This document shows positions 24,052 to 35,304 of a stretch of 39,371 nucleotides of DNA, one piece after another. Origin of the DNA: Chiloscyllium plagiosum (Eukaryota); contig NC_057750.1 in assembly GCF_004010195.1 (NCBI RefSeq), positions 7,730,333-7,769,703 on the forward strand, in the 5' to 3' direction. Each line of letters opens with the position of its first letter. Positions within the stretch are counted from its first letter, which is position 1. The notes under the pieces are model-generated. The model worked only from the letters and a program-made list of their open reading frames with translations, was not told where the DNA came from and did not search any database. Position numbers and translations under genes: made by a program.

Positions 24052-24412
24052 GATAAAGTTAAAAATCACACAACCCCAGGTTATAGTCCAACAGGTTTAT
24101 TTGGAAGCACTAGCTTTCAGAGTGCTGCTCCTTCATCAAGTAACTCATGGAGTAGGATCACAAGACACAGAATTTATAGCAAAACCTCATAATGTCATGC
24201 AGTTAAAACGATACATTGAACAATTTAATTGCATGATACTGATTCTTTGCTATAAATTCTCAACATCATGCAATTAAATCATTCAATATATGATCCTGCC
24301 TCACTAGTTATCTGATGAAGAAGCAGCGCTCTGAAGGCGAGTGCTTCCAAATAAACCTGTTGGACTATAATCTGCTTTTGTGAGATTTTTAACTTTGTCC
24401 ATCCCAGTCCAA
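24052..24412. mobile_element. Fold-back Penelope-type element, family C (two inverted hammerhead-bearing arms)
   Basis: aaagttaaaaatcacac...cttcatcaagtaact versus agttatctgatgaag...gatttttaacttt, with internal inverted segments. Confidence 0.75.
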
Positions 24413-24986
24413 CCCCCACTTCATAAGGTTACACAGCACCATATAACCTGGATGAAGATACAAATCTTCCAGAACACAATGCAAATTTCACTAGTACTCA
24501 AAAAAACACTTTCCTCTTCCTCCTCTGTCGTCCCCAAATAATTTCAAGGGGCATTTAATACAAATCTTAAAATTGCAACTACAAATGACTCAGACAGGTT
24601 GGTAGAGGGATTTGAGTTCATTCCCCCTCCTCTTCTTGCTCCACACCCTCTTGAACTTGAACCACGTCTTTGTTTGAAAGATGGAACAGAATGGTTAACA
24701 GCTGACGGTGAAAGCAGAGCATTGCTGCTCATGAGCAACAATCTAGCTCTGAGATGGTTATAATTATCGTACCTCACATTTAATAAGCTCTCGTCTTCCT
24801 CCCTAGCAGGGATGACTCAAGAAACGGAAACAGACTGAAAGTCCCAGGTCAGAACTCTGATAAGTTCAGGAAGATCAGCCACTGCAGAATCAATCATTAG
24901 CTTCCCCCAGACCATGCTCCTGATAGGTATCCAGTGTGAGAGCTAACAGAAAAGGAGTAAGTTGAGGTTGGATAAGGATACACAAG

Positions 24987-26342
24987 GGGCCAACACAATG
25001 GCTCAGTGGTTAGCACAGCTCCCTCACAGTGCCAGGGACCTGGGTTCGATTCCACCCTTGGGCCACCAACTGTGTGGAGTTTCCCTGTTCTCCCCGTGTC
25101 TGCACATATGTTTTCCCAGGGTGTTCCAGTTTCAATGTTGTGCCGACCCTTTATCCTACTCTCGGATCAGACTAACCTACGTACCCTTCATTATACTATC
25201 GTCCAGGTGCCTATCCAAGAGTCACTTAAACGTCCCTAATGTCTCTGACTCTACTCCCACTGCTGGCAGTGCATTCCACACACCCACCACTCTCTGTGTA
25301 AAGAGCCAACCTCTGACATCTCCCCTAAACCTTCCTCCAATCACCTTAAAATTATGTCCCCTCAGGATAGACACTTCTGCCCTGGGAAAAAGTCTCTGGC
25401 TATCCACTCTATCTATGCCTCTCATCATCTTGTACACCTCTATCAAATCACCTCTTATCCTTCTTCACTCCAATGAGAAAAACCCTAGCACCCTCAGTCT
25501 TCCTTCATAAGACATGCCCTCCAGTCCAGGCAGTACCCTGGTAAACCTCCTCTGCACCCTCTCTAAAGCTTCCACATCCTTTCTGTAATGAGACGACCAG
25601 AACTGAATACAGTATTCCAAGTGTCGTCTAACCAGAGCTCAAGGGCTGCAGCATAACCTCACAGCTCAACTCAATCCCCCTGCTAATGAAAGCCAACACA
25701 TATTTTGCCTTCATATCAACTTGGGTGACAACTTAGAGGGATCTATGGACACGGACCCCAAGATCCCTCTGTTCCTCCACATTGCCAAGAATCCTGCCTT
25801 TAACCCTGTATTCTGCATTCAAATTCGACCTTCCAAAGTGAATCACTCCATCTGCCACTTATCAGCCCAGTTCTGCCTCCTGTCAATGTCCCGTTGCAAC
25901 CCACAACAGCTCTCCACACTATCCACAACTCCACCACCCTTTGTATCACGGGCAAACTTACTAATTCACCCTTCCACTTCCTCATCCAAGTCATTTATAA
26001 AAGTCAAAGAGCAAAAGGTCCCACAACCAATCCCAACCGAACACCACTGGTCACTGAGCTCCAGCTGAATACTTTCCATCTACCACCACCATCTGTCTTC
26101 TATGGGCCAGCCAATTCCTCCCACAGTCCAAAGATGTGCAGGTTAGGGTGGATTGGACATGCTAAATTACCCCTTTGTGACCAACGGTGCGCAGGATCAG
26201 TGGATTAGGCATGGGAAATGTTGGGTTATGGGGATAGGTTGGGGACGGCTGATGTTTGGGTCTCAGTGGGATGCGTTTTGGAGGATAAGTGCAGACTCGA
26301 TGGGCCAAATAGCCCCTTTCTGAATTGTAAGGATTCTGTTCT
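24987..26342 (+). mobile_element. HE1-type V-SINE split by an antisense CR1
   Basis: Head at 24987-25133; the SINE resumes at cctcccacagtccaaagatgtgc near 26117. Confidence 0.75.
25134..26116 (-). mobile_element. CR1 LINE fragment (second sub-family)
   Basis: MIEVYKMMRGIDRVDSQRLFPRAE...RGHNFKVIGGRFRGDVRG..FTQRVVGVWNALP. Confidence 0.85.
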
Positions 26343-26507
26343 ATGATTTGTGCTTGCGATAGGCTTGAGTGGCAGCTGTGGGTCAATGAGGAGTGTTCTT
26401 GCCTCAGTCAGAAGTTCATCGGTTCAAGTCCCACTCTAGAGGCTCAAATACTTTGCAAGCATATAATCTCGACAAAAAGCTTGGAGTGCTGTACTGAAGG
26501 AGTGCTG

Positions 26508-27270
26508 CACTGATGCTCCAGGGAAAACAGCCCCAGCCTGTTCAGCCTCTCCCTGTAGCTCAGATCCTCCAACCCTGGCAACATCCTTGTAAATCTTTTC
26601 TGAACCCTTTCAAGTTTCACAACATCTTTCCGATAGGAAGGAGACCAGAACTCCAAGGTCTCTTTGTTCAGCAACACTCCCTAGGACCTTACCATTAAGT
26701 GTATAAGTCCTGCTAAGATTTGCTTTCCCAAAATGCAGCACCTCACATTTATCTGAATTAAACTCCATCTGCCACTTCTCAGCCCATTGGCCCATCTGGG
26801 CAAGATCCTGTTGTAATCTGAGGTAACCCTCTTCACTGTCTATTACACCTCCAATTTTGGCGTCATCTGCTAACTTACTAACTGTACCGCTTATGCTCGC
26901 ATACAAATCATTTATGTAAATGACAAAAAGTAGGGGTAAATAGGCAAAGTCTTTTCCCTGGGATCAGGGAGTCCAGAACTAGAGGGCATAGGTTTAGGGT
27001 GAGAGGCGAAAGATATAAAAGAGACCTAAGGGGCAACTTTTTCACACAGAGGGTGGTACGTGTATGGAATGAGCTGCCAGAAGATGTGGTGGAGGCTGGT
27101 ACAATTGCAACATTTAAGAGGCATTTGGATGGGTATATGAATAGGAAGGGTTTGGAGGGATATGGGCCAGGTGCTGGCAGGTGGGACTAGATTGGGTTGG
27201 GATATCTGGTTGGCATGGACGGGTTGGACCGAAGGGTCTGTTTCCATGCTGTACATCTCTATGACTCTAT
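26508..27270. mobile_element. 5'-inverted CR1/HER1 insertion (minus 26508-26930, plus 26931-27270) inside a Deu-type SINE
   Basis: The minus part encodes SKLADDAKIGG...LGLFSLE. The plus part encodes the downstream RGERYKRDLRGNFF...AGRWD and the tail. Confidence 0.85.
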
Positions 27271-28775
27271 GTGCCATCTTTCAGACAAGATGCTTTTCGG
27301 AGGCTTCACCTGCTCTGTCATGTGACTGTCCTCAAACTCCTGATGATAAATTATGAATGGGGCCAAGCTCGCCCCCCACCACCATGTCCAGGCACGGCCT
27401 GGGGGTTGGTTGGCTCAGTTGGCTAACTCTAACCATAAAGTGATGCCAATAGCACAGGTTCAATTCCTGCATCACCATGAGGTCTCCTTCCAAACTCTCC
27501 CCTTGGAGGTGTGGGGACCCTCATGTTAAACCACCACCAGTTTCCTCTCTTTGGCTCTCTGTCTAACCAGAGATCAACCCTCCCCCTCAAATCATCTGCA
27601 CCAAAAAATATCAACTGGCTATCTGCCTTGCAGCTGTTAGTGGGACTGAGATGGAGGAGAAGTCTGCACCCAGAGACTGGGGAGCCTGTGTAATTCTCTG
27701 CCACAGAAGGTGTTTGAGACCAAAACATTGAAAGTTTTCCAGAAGGGGATATGGAGAGTTCTGAGGGCTGAAGGGGGGAGGGGGAAGCGGGAGCAGGGGG
27801 GCTGAGTTGGATGATCAGCCAGTGACCATATTATATTTGGGGGGAGGAAAGCAGGCTGGAGGGGCCGAATGACCTTCACCTGCTCCTATTTCCTATGAAA
27901 CTTTTTCTAGTGTCTGCACAGGCAGAGTTTAATCAATGGCAGCGTGGGAAAACTCATTTCCTTTCTGCTTTTTTTTTGGTTGGTGAAGTTTTCTGAGAGC
28001 ACGGTTTCAGTGTGTAGTTTCTGTACCAGGAACAGGGCTGTGTGCTGAAGTTTTTTACAAGATGGGCGGGAACCGACTACTGATCAATTTCATCTCTGGA
28101 ACGTGAGCTTACAGACTTCAACTCGTGGGGATCCATCAAAACTTACTTCTGACCTGGCCCACCTCCAGACAATTCAGAATTAACCTCGACATTAACTTAA
28201 CGAGGAGGTTTTTGATTTTGTTTTTAAAAGCTGCCATTCCTATCCAAAAGCCCACTCTGAAAATGTAAGAGACGAACCGAGAGTGAAAGTGCATTGGCCA
28301 AATGAACTAAACAAACAGGTTTCTTGAGGACAGATGTTTCTCACCGAGATACACAACCGTGAAACAGCTGGAACAAACTCCCCCGCCCATCTCAAATCCT
28401 GTTTCACGCTCAAAAGACTTGCACAAACATGATTAAACCCAGCCACCAAGTCAGGGGGCAAAATATATTGCTTTAAAATATATTTGGAACGATTAAGAGA
28501 TACAAGCATTCAATGTGACACTCTTGTTTAGCTCCGAGACAGCAAACGATTGAAAATCACCAGATAGACATTTCTAAACAATACGATGGGGGGGGGTTGA
28601 CAGGCTTCCACGCTGTACGGAGGTACAGCAAGATCCCACAACCGCAATCAAACTCAAATTGTCAGTGGCACACACACAAAATGAAACAAAAAAAAATCTC
28701 TTATAAATTTCCAAAGTTGCACTTAGATGAGGTCTGTTTGGTTTCATGTGTAGCAATTGCACGTTCGATTCTTAC

Positions 28776-28979
28776 TTTCTGATCCACGATGGAACAGGCA
28801 AGTTCCTTGACTCTCGCTAAGGTGCTGTCGCCACTAGTCGGTAGCAGGACGGATTCCCGGGTCAGTCCTATCTGGATGATGAACGAGGTACCCACGCAGC
28901 CGGGCGGGCAAGGGCTAGCGACCCCCTGTCCCAGGCAAGGAGCTGGGCTACTGGGGCAGGCAACAGACACAGAACTCAT
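28776..28979 (-). CDS. PRKD2: First coding exon (68 codons) of a serine/threonine protein kinase D, PRKD2-like; encodes the N-terminus and the start of the ubiquitin-like domain
   Basis: Translates [68 protein letters not shown], matching the PKD motif ([14 protein letters not shown]...[13 protein letters not shown]). It ends at ...DQK followed by a GTAAGA donor (phase 0), where the PKD sequence would continue FPECGFYG. The ATG has G at -3, and there is an in-frame upstream TGA at 29153-29151. The family call is firm; the paralog (PRKD1/2/3) is less certain. Confidence 0.9.
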
Positions 28980-29400
28980 CACCTGCCCCTCCGGTGCAAG
29001 GCGACTCAGGGAGACAGGCAGGGGAGCGATGGGGCAACAGAGATTGAAAGTGGTGCTGGAGAGAGAGAGCAAAAGATCCCTTCGAAAATAAAAAAAAACT
29101 CCAGCAGCAGCCTCAACACAAACTTGTTCCAATGCCAACAATGAGTGGACTCACTCTGTTTTGATAGTTTAAACCCACAAAATGGCGTCAAATATAAAAA
29201 AACAGGAAACACCCTACCCTCGCTGACTCCTTCAATAACTTATTAGTCTATTGTGCGGCGAGAGAGGGAGAAGGAGGGGACTCAGAGTTTGACAGGCAGC
29301 GCTGGAACTAATCATAAACTTTGTTAGCGTCCAACAAGAGGAGGATCCACACACTCTGTGCGAGCGAATGAGGGCTGGGGGGGTGAAAATTCAGCTCCCG
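28980..29400 (-). promoter_or_regulatory. Probable 5'UTR and proximal promoter of the PRKD gene
   Basis: Repeat-free and relatively CpG/GC-rich. No minus-strand ATG between 28980 and 29312. YY1-like AAAATGGCG at about 29179-29187; GA- and G-rich boxes at 29258-29385. Confidence 0.5.
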
Positions 29401-29552
29401 GACCTCACAGACACCAGGGATTGTGACTTTTCCCAACTAATTACACAACAAAACTTGTCTTTAATCTGGCGGATGGTTCCTCTAACTTGATAACTTTTAG
29501 TGTCAAAGCAACTCCCCTTTCCCTCAGAAACCAGGGAGCAGGTTTTGATTTT

Positions 29553-29680
29553 CTTTCTGAGGAGGGGTCAATGGACCTGAAACGTTCACTCTGATTTCTC
29601 TGCTGCCAGACACACTGAGCTTTTCCAGCAATTTCAGGTTTTGTTACTGATTTCCAGCACTTCTTTCGGTTTTGAATTGT
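29553..29680 (+). mobile_element. Penelope-type family B element with hammerhead boxes retained
   Basis: CTGAGGA-g-GGGTC-aatg-GACCT-GAAA-CGTT at about 29557-29586. Confidence 0.65.
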
Positions 29681-29924
29681 GTTTTTCCTTTTGATTTTTC
29701 CTGGGATAGGGGCATAGCCAGCAATTGTCACTCAGTCCTAATTGTCCCCTGAACTGAGTGGCTACTTAGGGTCATTTCACGGGGCAATTAAGGGTCAACC
29801 ACATTGCTGTGGGTCCAGAGTCACGTGTAGGCCAGAATGAGTAAGGATTTCCTTCTCTAGAGGGTATTATTGAGCCAGACCGTTTTTATTAAACAACCAA
29901 ACTCTGGTTTGGGGATTGGTAGAG

Positions 29925-30590
29925 AGATTGAGTTTCAGAGCCATGTTGCAGCTGTACAAAACTCTGGTGCGGCTGCACTTGGAGTATTGAGTGCAGTTCT
30001 GGTCACCGCATTATAGGAAGGATGTGGAAGCTTTGGAAAGGGTGCAGAGGAGATTTACCAGGATGTTGCCGGGTATGGACGTAAGGTCTTATGAGGAAAG
30101 GCTGAGGGATTTGGGTCTGTTTTCATTAGAAGAGCAGTAATTTCCTTATATTTGAGGATTTTTTTTTAACAACAATTAATGATTCTTGTCACAGTCACCA
30201 TAACTAACTATAGCTTTTAATTTCGTAATGGTTACTTAATAGAGACATATAAGATGATCAGAGGATTGTATTAGGGTGGACAGGGAAAGCCTTTTTGCAC
30301 TGATGGTGATTCATAGAAAGCACGAGGGGACATAGCTTTAAACTGAGGGGTGATAGATATAGGACAGATGTCAGAGGTAGGTTCTTTACTCAGGCAATAG
30401 TAAGGGTGTGGAACGCCCTGTCTACATCAGTAGTAGACTCGCCAACTTTAAGGGCATTTAAATGGCCATTGGATAAGTGTATGGATGATAATGGAATTGT
30501 GTAGGTTAGATGGGCTTCAGATTGGTTCCACAGGTTGGCGCAATATTGAGGGCCGAAGGGCCTGTACAGCGCTGTAGTGTTCCATATTCT
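29925..30590 (+). mobile_element. CR1 LINE 3' fragment with an internal 100-bp templated insert
   Basis: Encodes MLQLYKTLVRLHLEY.VQFWSPHYRKDVEALERVQRRFTRMLPG; tail gggccgaagggcctgt. Confidence 0.85.
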
Positions 30591-30924
30591 AACTCAGGAT
30601 ACTGGAGAAACCCAGCAGGTCTGGCAGCATCTGACATTTCATAATGGACTCCAAACATTAACTCTCGCTCCACAGATGCCCGCCAGACTTGCTGAGTTTC
30701 TCCAGCAATTTTGTTTCAGATCCTAATCCGCAGTAATGTCCTCATATCTGAGGATTTTTTAACAACAATGAATGATTATTGTCACAGTCACAGTTGCTAA
30801 CTCTAGCTTTTACTTTCAGAATGGTTAATGTAAGTTCCACAAGCTGCAATGATGGGATTTGAAGTCATGGTCCCAGCACTATAGTCCTTGATCTCACTAT
30901 TGACTAGTTCAGCAGTAATAGCGC

Positions 30925-31803
30925 TGGTCATTGACTTCAGGAAACAAGCTAGAGGGCATGCCCCTGTCTACATCAATGGTGCTGAGGTGGAGAGGGTGGA
31001 GAGCATCAAGTTCCTAGGAGTGGTGATCACCAACAATCTGCCCTGGTCCATCCACGTTGATGGGAAGGTCAAGAAAGCACATCAACTCTTCTACTTCCTC
31101 AGGAGGCTAAGGAAATTCAGCGTGTCCATAAAGACTCTTGCCAATTTTTATTATCGCAGCATAGAAAGCATCCTATTCGGATGTGGTACAGCAACTGCTC
31201 TGCCCAGGACCTGTAAGAAACTACAGAGAGATGTGAACACAGCCCAGACCATCACACAAGCCAGCCTTCCATCCGTTGACTCCATCTAGACTTTTCGTTG
31301 CCTCAGAAAGGTACCCAACATCATCAAAGACAAACGTGTGGAGCTGATGAAGGGCTTATGCTCGAAACGTCGACTCTCCTGCTCCTCGGATGCTGCCTGA
31401 CCTGCTGTGCTTTTCCAGCAACACACTCTCGACTCTGATCTCCAGCATCTGCAGTCCTCACCTTCTCCTAAAGTCATCAAAGACAACTCCCACCCCGGTT
31501 ATAATCTCTTCCACCCTCTTCCATTGGGCAAAAGATATAAAAGCTCAAGCACACGTACCGACAGGTTAAAGAACAGCTTCTTCCCTGCTGTTAATAGATT
31601 TCTGAATGGACCTCTCAAATTTTATATTTAATGTTGATCTCACTCTTTGTGCAGCTTCTCTGCAGCTGTACCATTGTATTCCTCACTCTGTTCTAACACT
31701 CTCATGCACTTTGTATGGTATGACCTGCCCATACCGCATGCTAAACAAAACCTTTCGCTGTACCTAAATACACACGACAATAATAAATCAAATCAAATCA
31801 AAA
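30925..31803 (+). mobile_element. Rex1/Babar-type LINE 3' fragment
   Basis: LVIDFRK....P.YING.EVERVESIKFLGV.I...L.W..H....KKAHQ..YFLRRLRKF; (aatca)n tail. Confidence 0.8.
31334..31473 (+). mobile_element. Penelope-type family A element with hammerhead boxes intact and a perfect 13-bp TSD
   Basis: CTGATGA-a-GGGC-ttat-GCTC-GAAA-CGTC. TSD tcatcaaagacaa at 31321-31333 and 31474-31486. Confidence 0.8.
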
Positions 31804-32214
31804 TATTATTAGCTGTCCTCAACAGCTTTCATCATCAATTTGGACTGACCGTGAGCCCTCATTATAGGTCAGTTTATGTGAAAACAAAAGTTACTTGAAG
31901 CCACACAGGAAGCCTGGATGTCACTAATTGTGCTTTTAATTCATAAATAAAAGCATGTCCTATGGATTGTGTGTGGCCAATCATTAGAAGGACCATTAAG
32001 TCTGTTCCCAAGTCATTAGCTCAGCATTGAGGTATTAACCATTCAAAACCAGTCCTGCTGGGTGGGATCTGTCACCCACTGGCCTGAAACCAGATCCCTG
32101 GAGACTCCCAGGAGGACAGTGGTGTCTCCTCATAACTTGCCTGAAGAGTTCAGATATCCCCATTGTCTGGTGAGGAGACCCTGGCTTCTAACTGACTGAA
32201 ACTGAACAGGGCAG

Positions 32215-32505
32215 CACCATTGCCTCACAGCGCCAGTGAACTGAGTTTGATTCCAGCCTTGGGTGACTGTCTGTGTGGAGTTTGCACATTCTCCCCGTGA
32301 CTGCGTGGGTGTGCTCCGGTTTCCTCCCACAGTCCAAAGATGCGCAGGTCAGGATGGAATGACGGTGATCAATTACCCCATAGTGTCCAGGAATGGGCAG
32401 CCTCAGTGAGTTAGGCATGGGAAATGCGGGTTTAGAGGGATAGGGTGGGTCTGGGCTTATTGCTCGGTGAGCTGAACAGCCTCCCTCTGCAATGTAGGGA
32501 ATCTA
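32215..32505 (+). mobile_element. HE1-type V-SINE
   Basis: Partial head, V-domain and tail. Confidence 0.8.
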
Positions 32506-32699
32506 TGCTTCCTTTCGGGAAGGCACTGAGGACACATCAGGGACACGCAAGTGGTGAAGTCAAGATGCTGGAGGGAACACACAAACCTCCAAACGACCAT
32601 TGACCCAACCCTTCCAACTCCACCTACTCCATGTGAGGTCAAATCTTCCAGTCGCACAATAACTTCATTTACAATCTCAGAACCCACTGAAATGAGTCA

Positions 32700-33110
32700 T
32701 CCTCTATTCTGAGGCACAGCCTGAGAAGAAGAAATAGTAAACGTCATGATCTCAGGACATTCTAAAGGGCTCCACAACCAATAGTACTTCCAATCTGTGG
32801 TTACTGCCTTAATGTAGTATACAGTGTAGGCAGTTTGCTCAAGAGTACGTTCCCACAAGCAGCAATATGATCATGAACAGATCAGTTGTTTTAATGCATG
32901 TTGAGGGATATAGAATTGACCAGGCAGAACTCCCCTCCATGCTTTCAAAATAATTCCATCAGATCTTTGGAGTGTACAAAAGAAAACAATGGAATTTTGA
33001 TTTAATTCAGAAGATGATTCCCTGGGTACCGTCCTATGGAATTCCAGCCTATATACTGTTCCTTACTCCCTGGAGTGAGAATTGAACAGACTATCTTCTG
33101 ACTTAGACAT
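32700..33110 (-). mobile_element. Old Deu/SacSINE1-like SINE
   Basis: cccacaagcagcaatatgatcatgaacagat resembles, in reverse, the Deu-like core seen at 17120-17170. Confidence 0.5.
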
Positions 33111-33654
33111 CCACGCCAGGTTTGAAATCACATTGGAAGCACTGCGCACTGTTTTAAATTGCCAATTTTAAGAAGCATATTGAGGAAACGTACATCCAAA
33201 GGGTCTGTTTCCATGCTGTATAACTCTATGACAGCTACAAGCGTGATTTCAGAGTATCACTGGATGGTGTATGAGGAAGAAGATGGAGGCATTGAAATCA
33301 TTAAATGTTTGGACAAATTGAATCCACATTATGGTCCACTGTGGTACACTGAATTTGAGCACGAAAGGGGGAATGACGAATCAAGGAACAAGAAAAAAAA
33401 ATGCAAATTCAATCTTGCAACAAAAGGGAAGTCACCATAACCCCCCACTACAGAGAGACAATCGGTAGCAGTTTAAACCTGAGGATTCTGGATAAGTAAC
33501 CTCAGCAGATACAAGAATTGAACTCACCCCCTTAGCATCACGCTGCGTTACAAACCAACCCAATGCTGTAAAGAAAAAGAAAAATGCAGGGGCTGCAGGG
33601 AAAGAACAAAGAATTAATTCGATAGCTCAATCAAAATGTGGGGAGGCAATGACT

Positions 33655-33961
33655 ACGAATGGTATTATTGCTGGACTATTAATCCAGAGACCCAGATAAC
33701 GTTCTGGGTTCAAATCCCACTATGGTGGAACTTGAATTCAATAAATATCTGTACTTCAAGAGTCTAATGATGACCATGAGTCGATTGTCAGGAAATCCCA
33801 TCCTGAGGGAACTCATGAGGGAACGAAACTGCCACCCTTACCTGGTCTGGCCTACATGTGACTCCAGACCCACAACAATGTGGTTGGCTGTTAACTGCAC
33901 CTTAGGCAATTAGGGCTGGCCTAACCAGTGATAGCCTCATCTTGTGAATGAATAAAAAAAA
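33655..33961 (+). mobile_element. tRNA-headed shark SINE with an L2-like 3' tail
   Basis: B-box ggttcaaatccc; ends ctggcctaaccagtga...catcttgtgaatgaataaaaaaa. Confidence 0.7.
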
Positions 33962-34199
33962 GCTGGTGAGTCACAATGGGCCAAGTGGCCTCCTTCTACG
34001 CTGTGTCATTCTAATGAGCTAATGAAATGCTGGAGGAGTTTTTGTTTGACACAGCTGGTGGAACAAGAGTCCAGAAGGAACCAGATGGGGTTTTTTATCA
34101 AGGTATGGGGCTGGGGATTGTTAAGAAATGAACCACAGGAGTTCAGTTGGCAGGTGGGTTAGATGGGACTAGCATACGTTCTTGCTAGGGGCATAGTCT

Positions 34200-34697
34200 A
34201 AGACAAAAAAGCTACAGATGCTGGAATCCAAAGTAGACAAGTGGGAGGCTGGAAGAACACAGCAAGGCAGGCAGCATCAGGAGGGACAGGCAGGAGGCTG
34301 GGGGAACACAGCAAGGCAGGCAGCATCAGGAGAGACAGGCAGGAGGCGGGGGAACACAGCAAGGCAGGCAGCATCAGGAGGGACAGGCAGGAGGCGGGGT
34401 GGGGGAAGGGGAAATGAGGAAACTGTTGAAGTCCACATTGATGCCCTGGGGTTGAAGTGTTCCAGTCGTCTGGTGGTGAGTGGCGGTGCCTCATCTTTCG
34501 CCTCATCTTTCTCCCCACCCCCACCCTCCTCTCACTTATCTCTCCACCCTTCAGGAACTCTGCCTGTATTCCTGATGAGGGGCTTTTGCCCAAAACGTCG
34601 ATTTTACTGCTCCTCGGATGCTGCCTGAACTGCTGTGCTCTTCCAGCACCACTCTCATCCAGAATCTGGTTTCCAGCATCTGCAGTCATTGTTTTTA
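34200..34697. mobile_element. Composite inverted Penelope-type element with about 3.5 internal copies of a 49-bp repeat
   Basis: Repeat gacaggcaggaggc.ggggaacacagcaaggcaggcagcatcaggag at about 34235-34398; hammerhead-like motif at about 34568-34603. Confidence 0.7.
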
Positions 34698-35304
34698 CTT
34701 AATCTTTTCAGTCAGATCATCAGTCAGCATTGGGCTCTTGTGTTGCAGTGGTACTGTCCCTATATCTGAGCCAGGAGACCTAGGTTCAAGTACTACCTGC
34801 TCCCAAGGGCTGGCGTAACATGCCTGAGCAGGTTGATTAAAAATCATCACTCAGCATCTTAATGAGTGTAGTCACTGACACTTGGTAGACCATGGCATGC
34901 TTGCCCAATTATGACAATTAGAAAGATTCCATGCAGTGTCACAGAGAGCTAATTGTTATATAATATCTACTGTGAGAACATCAACAATAACAAAAATCTG
35001 TATTTATATAGATCCTTTAGTATTGTAAATGTTTGCAAGGCACTAAACAGAAGCTTTACCAAACTAAGTATGACCCTAAGCCTTGTAGGGAAATATCTGT
35101 GACTAAAAGTGTCCAAACCTGGATCAAAGAAATAGATTTAGGGAGTATCTTACAAGAGGAGAGCAAGAGGAGTGCAGATGCAGAATTGACATGGGACAAA
35201 AATAACTGCAGATGCTGGAATCCAAGGTAGACAGGCAGCACCAGTAGATGGAGAAGTCAATGTTTCATGTGTAACCCTTCCCGAAACATTGACTTCTCCA
35301 ACTG

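Larger units (their letters stand above)
1..28775 (-). other. First coding intron of the PRKD gene (at least 28.8 kb, runs off the window)
   Basis: Donor GTAAGA at 28775-28770. No FPECGFYG/DKILLF-coding exon was found by eye on the minus strand in 1-28770. Confidence 0.7.

Noticed and set aside
24544..24777. 77-aa minus ORF as a host exon
   Set aside because: No similarity to PKD or any domain I recognise, and no convincing splice sites.
28789..29091. Plus-strand 100-aa ORF
   Set aside because: It is the antisense shadow of the PRKD exon.
28701..29141. The whole 146-aa ORF as a single-exon protein
   Set aside because: PKD similarity stops at the GTAAG donor at 28775, and the part upstream of 28979 starts at a TTG and reads like UTR.
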